From Chloroflexota bacterium (GTDB lineage: Bacteria > Chloroflexota > Anaerolineae > Anaerolineales > UBA11858), in assembly GCA_030608465.1 (NCBI GenBank), contig JAUWEC010000003.1:1-46941 (forward strand): a DNA stretch of 46,941 nt, in the 5' to 3' direction. Position 1 is the first letter of the stretch, and each line of letters opens with the position of its first letter. The notes beneath the pieces were generated by a model, which did no database searches, had not been told where the DNA came from, and saw only the letters and a list, made by a program, of their open reading frames with translations. The position numbers and the translations under genes were made by a program. Of the stretch, positions 35,819 through 44,727 are shown piece after piece.

Positions 35819-38256
35819 TTAATCTCTCCTATCAGTCCGGCTCTGTGGCGAGAAAATAATGAAAACACGCCATTTGCCAATCCGCCAATAAATATTGTCC
35901 CCACAGTGATGAAAATGCCGATGTTAAACGGAAGCCAGGCTGCATTTGCAAGGTTCGGCTGTTCCCGGAGATGTTCATAATTCAGACCGTGAATTACTCC
36001 TGAAACGTACCCTGAGAGTAGTTGGGGAGAAGCCCGGAAATATGGCTGGATTAATGGTTCTACCTGAGCGCTGACCACCATATTCAAGGGTGTATTTTCA
36101 AGATGGGTGCCTACCTGTTCGATCCAGATTTTTGCTGTATTAGGATCATCTGTAATAACCAGAATCATAGCAAAATCCCCGATTGAATCCACTTTGGTCA
36201 GGGGAGGGGATTCCCAGGCGTTGCTTCCATCAAAAGCGAGGGGAATGATTTTTTTAGGGGCGATCATAAAGCTTACCAAACCTGCAGACTCGCCGGGTAA
36301 ATATCCCAGGTTGATATACTGCTGGTTGTGTTTATAAGCGTGTTTTTCTTGCGTGGAAGTCAGGAAAAATTCAGCCAATACCGGTCCGGTCGGTTGTGTG
36401 GAAACAAACGAAAGATATGTGCCTTGTTCCATCAGATGGTCTACAACAGCAGCCGCGGCAATGTGCATTTCAGCAGTTGCGGCGGGTTGATAATCAAAGG
36501 CTATCAAAACAGGTTGTCCGTCGTATAACTCATCAATCTGATTATATAAAGCGCCATAACCAGAATTATTGATTTGCCCTTCTGGAGGTAGTTGTGTATC
36601 AACAGTTCCCCCAAAGATAATCGTTCCACCGATTGTGATGATTAGAATGATGGCAATCAACCAGCGGAGAATTCTTTGGGTCTGAACTGGAGCGGCTTTT
36701 TTAATGGGTTTTACTTTCTTTTCTTCTCCAATAAGCTTTCTCAGCAGATTTACATATTCCTGGTGGGATTTTGTTGCTGTGAGGTCAAGAGGTTTCCTGG
36801 CTGCATGTTCTGTATCAGGGGCAAATTCGGCTTCTGCGGGAAGAACACTGGGGATTCCGGCCAGAGGGCCGTAGTTTTCGATATAGTCCTCGTCCTCCGA
36901 TAGGCCAGTCGAATCCATAGATTCAACCACTGGACGCATTGCTTCCACCCAGCCGGGTAAATCGCCGGGTGATATTTCATCTTCAATGACGAGAGTACCT
37001 TCTTCTCCAGAGGCTGTTGTCAGCCAGCTGGGAAGTTCCTCGCTAAATAAATCATCATAGAATTCCTCTTCTTCAATTTGGAATGGATCGACTCCAGCAA
37101 GGAACCGAAGTTCTTCCGGAATATCTTGGGCATCCTTCGCAGATGTACTGACATCATCGGCTGCCCAGGAAGGAAATTTCTTGTGCTCTACGCTCTCTTC
37201 AATTGATATTTGGGTCGTTTCTTTTTCCTCTATCTTCTCTTCAGAGATCGTTTCCTCAGAATCCTCGAGTTTGATATCTGAGTCATAGAGATCTTTTTTC
37301 TGTAAGAATTCATTCAGTTTTTCATCATCTCCATCCATCTGCAGCCAATCTGGCAGTTCATCCGCGGTTGCATCGGACTCCTCTGGTTTTGCTTTCTGGC
37401 CCACTTCCGTTTTTCCTGTAACTGACAACCAATCAGGAAATGAAGAGTCATCATCTACTTCATCCCTGCTCTTATTCAATCTTTTAATTTTCTCAAGCCA
37501 GTCGGTGCCGGATTTCCCTTCAAGTGGAGGGGACACAGGTACAACCTCAGATTCCCGATCCTCATCGGCGGTTGAGTCCGGATCTTGTAGCATGTCCAGC
37601 CATCCCGAGTCCTCCGAAAAGGATGCTGGCTCCAGATCCGGTTCGGCATCATCCAATGGTTCAGTCGGCTGGATGCTGATTTGATTGTCGATTTCTTCAG
37701 AAGAGAAGAAGTCATTCAGCAGGGAAGGATCATCCGATTCGGTTGGTTGGATGCTGTCTTGGTCACCAATTTCTTCTGATGAGGAAAAGTCCTTCAGTGG
37801 GGATGAATCATGTAGTTCGCTCGGCTCAAGGCTGTCACGAACATCGTCTTCATCAGGTGGAAAGAAGTCATTTCTCAGGGATGAAGCTTCTGGTTCGGTT
37901 GGTTGGATGCTGTCTTGGTCACCAATTTCTTCTGATGAGGAAAAGTCCTTCAGTGGGGATGAATCATGTAGTTCGCTCGGCTCAAGGCTGTCATGATCAT
38001 CGTTTTCATCAGGTGGAAAGAAATCATTTCTCAGGGATGAAGCTTCTGGTTCGATTGATTGGAAGAAATCATCCAGACGTGATGAATCATCGGGTTCAAC
38101 CGGCGGTAGGCTGCCAAGAGCATCGAGCTCTTCAGGAGGGAGGAGATCGTTACGTAAAGAAAAATCATCAAACCCCAAGGGGCTACCGCAAAATTCACAA
38201 GACTCTTGATCGTCTGAATTTGACCTACCGCAGGTGGGGCAGAGGATATCAGTCAT
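35815..38256 (-). CDS. Zn-ribbon + long acidic disordered region + TM + alpha/beta domain + TM (813 aa)
   Basis: Real start ATG 38256, two bases after the upstream stop; CPTCG..N...CEFCG; D/E/P/S-rich region; VLIAFDYQP, YINLGYLPG. Confidence 0.75.
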   Translation of the reverse strand: MTDILCPTCGRSNSDDQESCEFCGSPLGFDDFSLRNDLLPPEELDALGSLPPVEPDDSSRLDDFFQSIEPEASSLRNDFFPPDENDDHDSLEPSELHDSSPLKDFSSSEEIGDQDSIQPTEPEASSLRNDFFPPDEDDVRDSLEPSELHDSSPLKDFSSSEEIGDQDSIQPTESDDPSLLNDFFSSEEIDNQISIQPTEPLDDAEPDLEPASFSEDSGWLDMLQDPDSTADEDRESEVVPVSPPLEGKSGTDWLEKIKRLNKSRDEVDDDSSFPDWLSVTGKTEVGQKAKPEESDATADELPDWLQMDGDDEKLNEFLQKKDLYDSDIKLEDSEETISEEKIEEKETTQISIEESVEHKKFPSWAADDVSTSAKDAQDIPEELRFLAGVDPFQIEEEEFYDDLFSEELPSWLTTASGEEGTLVIEDEISPGDLPGWVEAMRPVVESMDSTGLSEDEDYIENYGPLAGIPSVLPAEAEFAPDTEHAARKPLDLTATKSHQEYVNLLRKLIGEEKKVKPIKKAAPVQTQRILRWLIAIILIITIGGTIIFGGTVDTQLPPEGQINNSGYGALYNQIDELYDGQPVLIAFDYQPAATAEMHIAAAAVVDHLMEQGTYLSFVSTQPTGPVLAEFFLTSTQEKHAYKHNQQYINLGYLPGESAGLVSFMIAPKKIIPLAFDGSNAWESPPLTKVDSIGDFAMILVITDDPNTAKIWIEQVGTHLENTPLNMVVSAQVEPLIQPYFRASPQLLSGYVSGVIHGLNYEHLREQPNLANAAWLPFNIGIFITVGTIFIGGLANGVFSLFSRHRAGLIGEIK
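37738..38053. repeat. 156-bp near-perfect tandem duplication (52 aa) with a 78-bp sub-period
   Basis: Units start at 37741 and 37897, with a third junction at 38053; protein EPEASSLRNDFFPPDE...DQDSIQPT twice, plus degenerate flanking half-units. Confidence 0.92.
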
Positions 38257-38258
38257 CG

Positions 38259-38903
38259 TTAGTCCCCATAAGGACGGTCTGTTCCCATAAGGATCCTGAT
38301 CCCGGTGGTTATGGTTCCCAACGCGATTCCTATCAGCAGACCGCGCGCTCCGCCGAGTGCAGGAACACGAACAATCCAATCACGAATGACATGCAGGAAA
38401 GGAAGGGTAGCAGAGGGAATAGAAAACGAGCCGAGCAGGACCAGGAGAATCACAAAAAAGAAAGTGATCGAGAAAAGATCCATCCTTTTTCGCAGGATAC
38501 TGGCCGCGGCGTAGGTCAGACTGACGGCAATAACAGCTAATAAACTAGTTTCAATCGGCAGTTGAATATAAGTGAATATCCAATTTGTCATCTGGAAATT
38601 GGGTTGTCCGAGCATGTAGGATTGGACCATGTCAATAATTCCCACCACTAAAGTCAACAAAAGAGCGATGACTAGAATGAGACTGTACCCGCTGTTTTCG
38701 TTGTCAGACCCCATCTTTTTAAAGTGGACTGAGAGCAGATTAATGATTCCAACCAGCAGCGCAACTGCAGCTAGTACCAGTCCCGTCCGTAACAAAGCGA
38801 AACGAATATTGGTGATTGATGGGATAAAATACCCGGCCAGGACGACAACCCCCACCCCGATGGCAATCGCTGCCGAGACGGGTGCTCTTAATTTAATATT
38901 CAC
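38259..38903 (-). CDS. Uncharacterised multi-pass membrane protein
   Basis: About 6 TM helices; C-terminal WI..VP..GGARGLLIGIALG.....RIL.G.DRPY. Confidence 0.75.
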   Translation of the reverse strand: MNIKLRAPVSAAIAIGVGVVVLAGYFIPSITNIRFALLRTGLVLAAVALLVGIINLLSVHFKKMGSDNENSGYSLILVIALLLTLVVGIIDMVQSYMLGQPNFQMTNWIFTYIQLPIETSLLAVIAVSLTYAAASILRKRMDLFSITFFFVILLVLLGSFSIPSATLPFLHVIRDWIVRVPALGGARGLLIGIALGTITTGIRILMGTDRPYGD

Positions 38904-39697
38904 ATTGAACCTGCCAGAATATATTCAAAGAAAGTATCAATTCCAAGAAATTTCAATAAGACACTTCCGAGAATGATGAAGATGATAATCCATCTGAAAA
39001 TATCCTGGGCAGAAATGCTGGCCAGATGGATTTTACCGGCGCCCAGGTATGCGCCGCCGGCATATAATTCTTCTCCTATCAGGGGATCTGACGCTGATGC
39101 ATATATTACAGCCTGCGCAGGAAGTTGAGCAGTGCCGGCAATTGTCGGGGTGCTCTGCCGTTCTCCAGCGGTGGTTAACCAGGTTATTTCGCTGCCAAAC
39201 CAACCGGTGTGAATATTCGCGGAAACATTTTTATCCCGGATGGTTGTGAGGGTTCCTGCCGCATAAGAAAATGGTGTCACGCCAACCAGTTCCCCGGAAG
39301 GATTTTTACCCTTGTCAGCGACACTGATTGCTTTAGAGGTCCCCTGAATGGTGTCTTGTGCCAGGATTGAAATTACTGCATTACCAGTGGAAACGACCGG
39401 GGGATAATCACATACAGATGATTTTTCAATGACCTGTTTTAATATACTTAATCCCGCCAGAGCCGCAGCGGATTCCGGACCCGTGATTCCCCCCCTCCCC
39501 AGAGAGATATGCAGCTGCGTGCCGTCTTCTACTGAGACATTTATCTCCTGGTTGATCTTATCGTAGGCAGGTATGGGTCGGATATTTTTCTGCTTCGGTT
39601 CCTGATTGATGATCGAAAAAAAGATCATTAGACCGAGGAAGAGTACAATTACCACAATCCCTGTGAAGCCTGTAGCTGACACAGTGTTAACCTCCAA
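38900..39697 (-). CDS. DUF6754-like membrane-anchored protein
   Basis: TM, IRPIPAY..I...VEDG..LHISLG, SYAAG, LIGEELYA.GAYL, C-terminal TM; family assignment from memory. Confidence 0.62.
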   Translation of the reverse strand: MEVNTVSATGFTGIVVIVLFLGLMIFFSIINQEPKQKNIRPIPAYDKINQEINVSVEDGTQLHISLGRGGITGPESAAALAGLSILKQVIEKSSVCDYPPVVSTGNAVISILAQDTIQGTSKAISVADKGKNPSGELVGVTPFSYAAGTLTTIRDKNVSANIHTGWFGSEITWLTTAGERQSTPTIAGTAQLPAQAVIYASASDPLIGEELYAGGAYLGAGKIHLASISAQDIFRWIIIFIILGSVLLKFLGIDTFFEYILAGSM

Positions 39698-39952
39698 CTA
39701 CGCTGTTGGCTCGAAGGACCTGAGAGCCTTGATAAATATTGCGGTTTCCGTTGGGTCCTCTAATATCCTGGCAAAGTCTCGGGACTGTTCATTGGAAATA
39801 AAAGGAGACAAAACTGGTTGGCTTAAATATACCAACTGGGCACCAAGCAGATTGATTGGACCTGAAGCTTCCAAAAAGGTTGCTGTGAGATGATGGAGCC
39901 GCAATTTATATAGCGTTTTGATCCAATTTTCCCTATTTTCTTGAATCTTCAT
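39698..39952 (-). CDS. Small hypothetical protein, first gene of the operon
   Basis: 84 aa; FLEA.GP..LLGAQLVY..QP; stop codon abuts the next start; TGcTATACT upstream. Confidence 0.65.
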   Translation of the reverse strand: MKIQENRENWIKTLYKLRLHHLTATFLEASGPINLLGAQLVYLSQPVLSPFISNEQSRDFARILEDPTETAIFIKALRSFEPTA

Positions 39953-40123
39953 AGTTCAGAATTAGTATAGCATAGTTTCATTTTTCAAGTGAGTGGTGCC
40001 TGTCTGCACGGATGTGACTTAAGATATCCAGCATTGATTATTTCTCATACTGTGCTCCCCAGGGCGGGTAAAGTAATATATGATATAGGTGGTAAGGTAA
40101 AATTGGACATTTTTGGAGGAATT

Positions 40124-40999
40124 ATGCAGCCCGATTTAACTGATAAAATCTTGGAATTGGTGCGTTTGACATCGACTGATTTACCTTGGGATGTAGAGGA
40201 AAAATTACGAAAATCAAAGGATCAAGAAACTGAGGGCTCGGCTGCAGAGGGCGCATTGGATACGATCCTGAAAAATGTTGAAATGGCCAGAGCAAATTCA
40301 ACTCCGATATGTCAAGATACAGGGACCCCAATTTTTTATATCTCTTACCCGGATGGCTGGAGTACGAGGAAACTTTCTACCCAAATCAGGGACGCGGTGA
40401 TTCAAGCAACGGCTAAGGCGTATTTGCGACCGAATTCAGTTAATTCGGTGACTGGAAAGAATACTGGAGATAACAGCGGGGATGAACATTATCCATCCCT
40501 ACACTTTCAAGAAGTTGAGGGAGATGAATTAATAATAGACCTGATGCTGAAGGGCGGAGGGTGTGAAAACGTAAGCGCTCAGTATAAACTTCCGGATGCA
40601 TCACTGAAAGCAGACCGAGACCTGGATGGTGTGCGAAAAACTGCTTTGGACGCGGTGATGAAAGCCCAAGGCAAGGGTTGTGCACCTGGTGTGCTGGGCA
40701 TTGCTATCGGCGGTGACCGCGGATCATCCTATGCTGCTTCTAAAGAGGCCTTGCTCCGGCAGGTGGATGATAAAAACCCCGATCCAACGCTGGCTGAACT
40801 GGAAGATAAGATCACCCAGCAGGCTAATCAGCTGGATATTGGTCCGATGGGATTCCACGGAAAAACTACAGTCCTGGGTACAAAAGTAAAGAACCTGCAC
40901 CGTCTTCCAGCCAGTTATTTTGTCTCCATATCCTATATGTGCTGGGCTTTTCGACGCCGACGGATGATTTTCCAAAACGGGGAAACGGAATATCAATAA
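40124..40999 (+). CDS. Class I (Fe-S) fumarate/tartrate hydratase, alpha subunit
   Basis: ATG 40124 after GGAGG; PICQDTG, KGGGCEN, GCAPG, CWA. Confidence 0.9.
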   Translation: MQPDLTDKILELVRLTSTDLPWDVEEKLRKSKDQETEGSAAEGALDTILKNVEMARANSTPICQDTGTPIFYISYPDGWSTRKLSTQIRDAVIQATAKAYLRPNSVNSVTGKNTGDNSGDEHYPSLHFQEVEGDELIIDLMLKGGGCENVSAQYKLPDASLKADRDLDGVRKTALDAVMKAQGKGCAPGVLGIAIGGDRGSSYAASKEALLRQVDDKNPDPTLAELEDKITQQANQLDIGPMGFHGKTTVLGTKVKNLHRLPASYFVSISYMCWAFRRRRMIFQNGETEYQ

Positions 41000-41023
41000 A
41001 TCTCTCCAGAGAAAAGTTATAAA

Positions 41024-41059
41024 ACCGGACAGAAAACTAGTTCTTGTCCGGTGTTTTTT
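41024..41059 (+). terminator. Intrinsic terminator
   Basis: ACCGGACA...TGTCCGGT followed by GTTTTTT. Confidence 0.65.
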
Positions 41060-41122
41060 GTCCAGAACAGGCCATAGCCGGCAACAGGAAGAGAAACCAG
41101 TTCTTTCCCACTGAATTGTTAA

Positions 41123-42409
41123 TCAGGTTACCTTTAATTGTTTTTTTGAATACTCTTGGTAAATGCCATCTTCCAGGATGGTTTTAATCCGATTAAGTGC
41201 CCGATGAATATCTGAATAAGTGGTATATAGAGGAGCGATACCCAAACGAATATTGTCAGGGGCGCGAAAGTCCGGAATGACTCGCAGGGATGAGTCATCC
41301 GGCAAGGGATCAATTAAAGCCCGGCAAATGCGGTACGCTTCGGGATGCCTCAAGGAGACATGAGATCCCCGTTGGATTGGATCAAGGGGTGAACCGAGTT
41401 GAAAACCGAGCGGATTAAGCCACTCCTGAGCGAGATATATGAGGTACTCAGTTTGCTGGATACTCTTTTCCCGCAGGTGCCCCATACCTGCTTCCAGCAG
41501 GATATCGAGAGCCGGTTCGATTCCCATCATGGAAAGGATATGGGGAGTGCTGATTTGAAACCGGGATATTCCCTCAGCCGGAGTGAAGTCCAGATTAAAA
41601 TCAAATGGAGATTGGTCAGCAAACCAACCCCAGATGGGGGGGATTAATTGGTTCTGGAGATCCTTTCGTACATACAAAAAAGCTGGTGCCCCCGGTCCTC
41701 CATTCAAATATTTATAAGTACAGCCAACAGCCAGATCTACCTGCCATTCATTGAGTTTCAGTGGAACCGCACCCACGGAATGTGAGAGGTCCCATAAGGC
41801 AAGAGCGCCGGCTTGATGGGCAAGTTTGGTTACTGATTCCATCTCATACATGAAAGCACTTTTAAACGCCACATGGGTGAGGGCTACCAGCGCAGTGTCT
41901 TCGGTGATCGCATCTTGAATACGCTGGTCGCCGATGGTGATAGAATCTTCCGATTTAAGCAGCTTTAATCGGTGCTTATTCCCTAATAGTTCAATGACGC
42001 CCTGAAAAACATACAGGTCTGATGGAAAATTAAATTCATCACTGAGAAGGATTGATCTATCAACCCGGAATCGCAAAGCTGCAGCCGTGAGTTTAAAAAG
42101 ATTTAATGAAGTTGTGTCGCAAACCAACACTTCGTCAGGCTCCGCGCCGATCAAATCTGCCAGTTTTGCTCCCAACTGACCCGGTTTTTCAAACCAACCG
42201 CGATTCCATCCCCGGACAAGGTCTTTTCCCCATTGATTTTTGACAACGTCCTGAAGATGAGGGACGGTGGCTTGAGGAAGTCTTCCCAGCGAGTTACCGT
42301 CTAAATAAATTAAGTCAGGGTCGTCGATAACAAATCGTTCCCGGAAACCAGCCAGCGTATCCTGGTTATCAAGCTGTAGGGCATAAACTTCTTCAGTAGA
42401 TTTTTCCAT
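41123..42409 (-). CDS. kynU: Kynureninase
   Basis: YLDGNSLG, NFPSDLY, WDLSHSVG, GCTYKYLNGGPG, RGSHVS. Confidence 0.93.
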   Translation of the reverse strand: MEKSTEEVYALQLDNQDTLAGFRERFVIDDPDLIYLDGNSLGRLPQATVPHLQDVVKNQWGKDLVRGWNRGWFEKPGQLGAKLADLIGAEPDEVLVCDTTSLNLFKLTAAALRFRVDRSILLSDEFNFPSDLYVFQGVIELLGNKHRLKLLKSEDSITIGDQRIQDAITEDTALVALTHVAFKSAFMYEMESVTKLAHQAGALALWDLSHSVGAVPLKLNEWQVDLAVGCTYKYLNGGPGAPAFLYVRKDLQNQLIPPIWGWFADQSPFDFNLDFTPAEGISRFQISTPHILSMMGIEPALDILLEAGMGHLREKSIQQTEYLIYLAQEWLNPLGFQLGSPLDPIQRGSHVSLRHPEAYRICRALIDPLPDDSSLRVIPDFRAPDNIRLGIAPLYTTYSDIHRALNRIKTILEDGIYQEYSKKQLKVT

Positions 42410-42597
42410 GGACGAATCCCTCTTTCAAGAATATCAGTGATCACCATTACAAAGCTGGAAAATATATTACGCAACGGATCAATAATAAAATTCACCCATA
42501 ACTCTTACATGGAGCCAGAAGGATGCAAACCTTCCTCAGTGAGCAATGCGGTGTCTTGGGCTGCTCTCCAGGAGACGGGAGTGATATCTTGTGTTCT

Positions 42598-43311
42598 TCA
42601 ATCTGCGAAATGCGAATAGCGGCTTTCTGCCAGACGCTGTTTGCCTTCTTCTAATAAATCGTCTGGAATGACTCTAAAGGTCTCCCCCACATTAGGGTCT
42701 TGGGGTGTGCGGGGAGCTTTTCCATATGCAATGGAATTTATTGCTTCAACCATCAATTCTCCTGCCAGTATGGCAATGCGATAATTAATGCTTTCATAAG
42801 TATCATGGCGATAGACAGGAAGCTGCCTTGAGACAATAATGTCGCCGGTATCAATTCCTGGGTCTATAAAGTGAGCGGTAGCACCTTGCGGCATGTCTTT
42901 ATATAAAGCCCAGCCTACCGAAGATGCCCCGCGCAGCCAAGGAAGTAAGCCTGGATGTGAATTGACCGTAGATTGGCACGGCACTTCAAGGATGTTTGGT
43001 TTGATGATGCGCGTTCCACCTAATACTAGTACATCAGGTTTATCGGCTAAGAGCAATTCTTTACAGGTGTCGTCATTATGATTGGATACACAATATACCG
43101 GTATCTTCCTCCCAGAGATCAATTGCGTCAGATGCGGTGGCACTGGCTGACCTGCAATGCGCGTCAGGAATTTTTCGCGCTCTACATCACCCACATTTGA
43201 CACCTCTTGGATGATCATACTGGGTACCAAGTCGTTTTCCAATAGGATTCGCAGCATCTCCCGTCCATAGGGATGTTCTTCTAATACTAGAAAAGCAAAG
43301 TGGAGGGACAT
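42598..43311 (-). CDS. Formyltransferase-family protein (N-terminal domain only)
   Basis: NSHPGLLP..RG, GATAH.ID.GIDTGDI; lacks the Fmt C-terminal domain. Confidence 0.8.
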   Translation of the reverse strand: MSLHFAFLVLEEHPYGREMLRILLENDLVPSMIIQEVSNVGDVEREKFLTRIAGQPVPPHLTQLISGRKIPVYCVSNHNDDTCKELLLADKPDVLVLGGTRIIKPNILEVPCQSTVNSHPGLLPWLRGASSVGWALYKDMPQGATAHFIDPGIDTGDIIVSRQLPVYRHDTYESINYRIAILAGELMVEAINSIAYGKAPRTPQDPNVGETFRVIPDDLLEEGKQRLAESRYSHFAD

Positions 43312-43342
43312 AACGGCTTACCGCCCTATACACAAGGTCAGG

Positions 43343-44569
43343 TCAGATTACTTTTATAAAACGGCGCTTACCAACCTGCAGCACCCCTTTCCCGGGGAAC
43401 TTGGCATGTGGGTCTTCCAATATTTGATCATCAAGGCGGACTGCATTTTGTTGAATCAACCGCCGGGCCTGGCTGCGGCTCTCGGTGAGACCGCTTTCTT
43501 GAAGCATATCCAGGACTGATTGGCCTTTTTTAAGTTTGTATTCATTCATCTCCTCAGGCTGGCCCTGCTCCTGGAAGACTCGGACGAATTCAGCCTCAGC
43601 TTTTTCTGCTGCCTTCTGTCCATGGTAGATGGTTACAATTTCGCGAGCCAGTTTCATCTTGGCTTCTTTTGGGTGCAGGCTGCCGCTAGAGATCTTTTCT
43701 TCAAAGGATTTAATCTCATCTGGAGTCCAGCGGGTTACCAGCCGACTGAAGATTCCCATGGCCTTATCCGGAATGCTCATTAATTTTCCATACATGTCTT
43801 TGGGATCACCTGTGATGACAATATGGTTGCCCAAAGACTTGCTCATCCTGATTTCACCGTCTGTGCCCGGCAGAATGGACATGATAATGCTAATATTGGG
43901 TTTCTTCCCCAGGGCTGTCATCAGCTTCCTGGAAGCTGTGACTATATTAAATAACTGATCGCTGCCCCCTATCTGGACATCTGCGTCCAGGGTAAAGGCG
44001 TCATATCCCTGCATCAGGGCATAATAAAATTCGTGCAGGTAAATAGCTTCGTTATTTTGAAACCGTTTGGCAAAATTATCCCGGGTCAGGAACTGTCCTA
44101 CAGTGAAATTAGAGCTTAAGTGGATCAGGTCTTTAAAGGTCAGTTTTGATAACCATTCTGAGTTGTGACGGATAATGGTTTTTTCAGGATCCAGAACTTT
44201 GAAGCTTTGTTCAGCATAGGTTTGTCCGTTTTGGGCAACCTGCTCAGGGGACAGGCGGGGTCTCAGTTTGTCCTTGTCGGAGGGATCACCTATCAGGGAT
44301 GTGAAATCGCCTATCACGAATGTCACTTCGTGACCTAGTTCCTGGAATTGCCTTAGTTTGCGCATGGTTACGGTATGACCCAGGTGCAAATCAGGAGCAG
44401 TTGGATCATATCCGCAGTAGACTTTGAGGGGGCGTTTTTCCTTTTCAGCTTGCAGCAGCCGTTCCTTTAATTCCGCTGCCATGGCTTTTTTTACCTGATC
44501 ATCACCATATTCGGCGCCCTGCATCAGGTAAGCTACTTGTTCGTCAATTGTCATTTTTTTCTTAGCCAT
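43343..44569 (-). CDS. tyrS: Tyrosyl-tRNA synthetase
   Basis: GYDPTAPDLHLGH, IGDPS, Y.LMQGYD, GGSDQ, RMSKS, C-terminal S4 domain. Confidence 0.96.
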   Translation of the reverse strand: MAKKKMTIDEQVAYLMQGAEYGDDQVKKAMAAELKERLLQAEKEKRPLKVYCGYDPTAPDLHLGHTVTMRKLRQFQELGHEVTFVIGDFTSLIGDPSDKDKLRPRLSPEQVAQNGQTYAEQSFKVLDPEKTIIRHNSEWLSKLTFKDLIHLSSNFTVGQFLTRDNFAKRFQNNEAIYLHEFYYALMQGYDAFTLDADVQIGGSDQLFNIVTASRKLMTALGKKPNISIIMSILPGTDGEIRMSKSLGNHIVITGDPKDMYGKLMSIPDKAMGIFSRLVTRWTPDEIKSFEEKISSGSLHPKEAKMKLAREIVTIYHGQKAAEKAEAEFVRVFQEQGQPEEMNEYKLKKGQSVLDMLQESGLTESRSQARRLIQQNAVRLDDQILEDPHAKFPGKGVLQVGKRRFIKVI

Positions 44570-44598
44570 CAGGTTCTCCCTGTTCTAATCAGGCTACT

Positions 44599-44633
44599 AA
44601 AAATAATAACACGCCCCCACAAGGGAGGGCGTG
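44599..44633 (-). terminator. Attenuator-type intrinsic terminator in the tyrS 5' leader
   Basis: CACGCCCTC-CCTTGT-GGGGGCGTG followed by TTATTATTTTT, about 30 nt before the tyrS start. Confidence 0.8.
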
Positions 44634-44669
44634 ATGAGAAGCACTGGTCTGTTGTTCGATCCAGCGCTT

Positions 44670-44720
44670 CTAAAGAGGATAATAATATCCAGTCAGATTT
44701 TGTGGTTTTTCACTGAACAT
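44670..44720 (-). CDS. Putative tyrS leader peptide MFSEKPQNLTGYYYPL
   Basis: ATG...GGA TAT TAT TAT CCT CTT TAG; three tandem Tyr codons; ATG lies 7 nt after TGtTATAAT. Confidence 0.75.
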   Translation of the reverse strand: MFSEKPQNLTGYYYPL

Positions 44721-44727
44721 AAATTTG

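Noticed and set aside
37738-38053. CRISPR array
   Set aside because: Units are 156 bp, in frame within a CDS, with no unique spacers and no cas genes
37743-38540. 265-aa plus-strand ORF and the many other short antisense ORFs in the track
   Set aside because: Shadows of well-supported opposite-strand genes (this one mirrors the tandem repeat); no RBS or recognisable motifs
42410-42597. Riboswitch or Trp leader peptide upstream of kynU
   Set aside because: Only a small GAAGG/CCTTC hairpin; no Trp-codon ORF or recognisable aptamer
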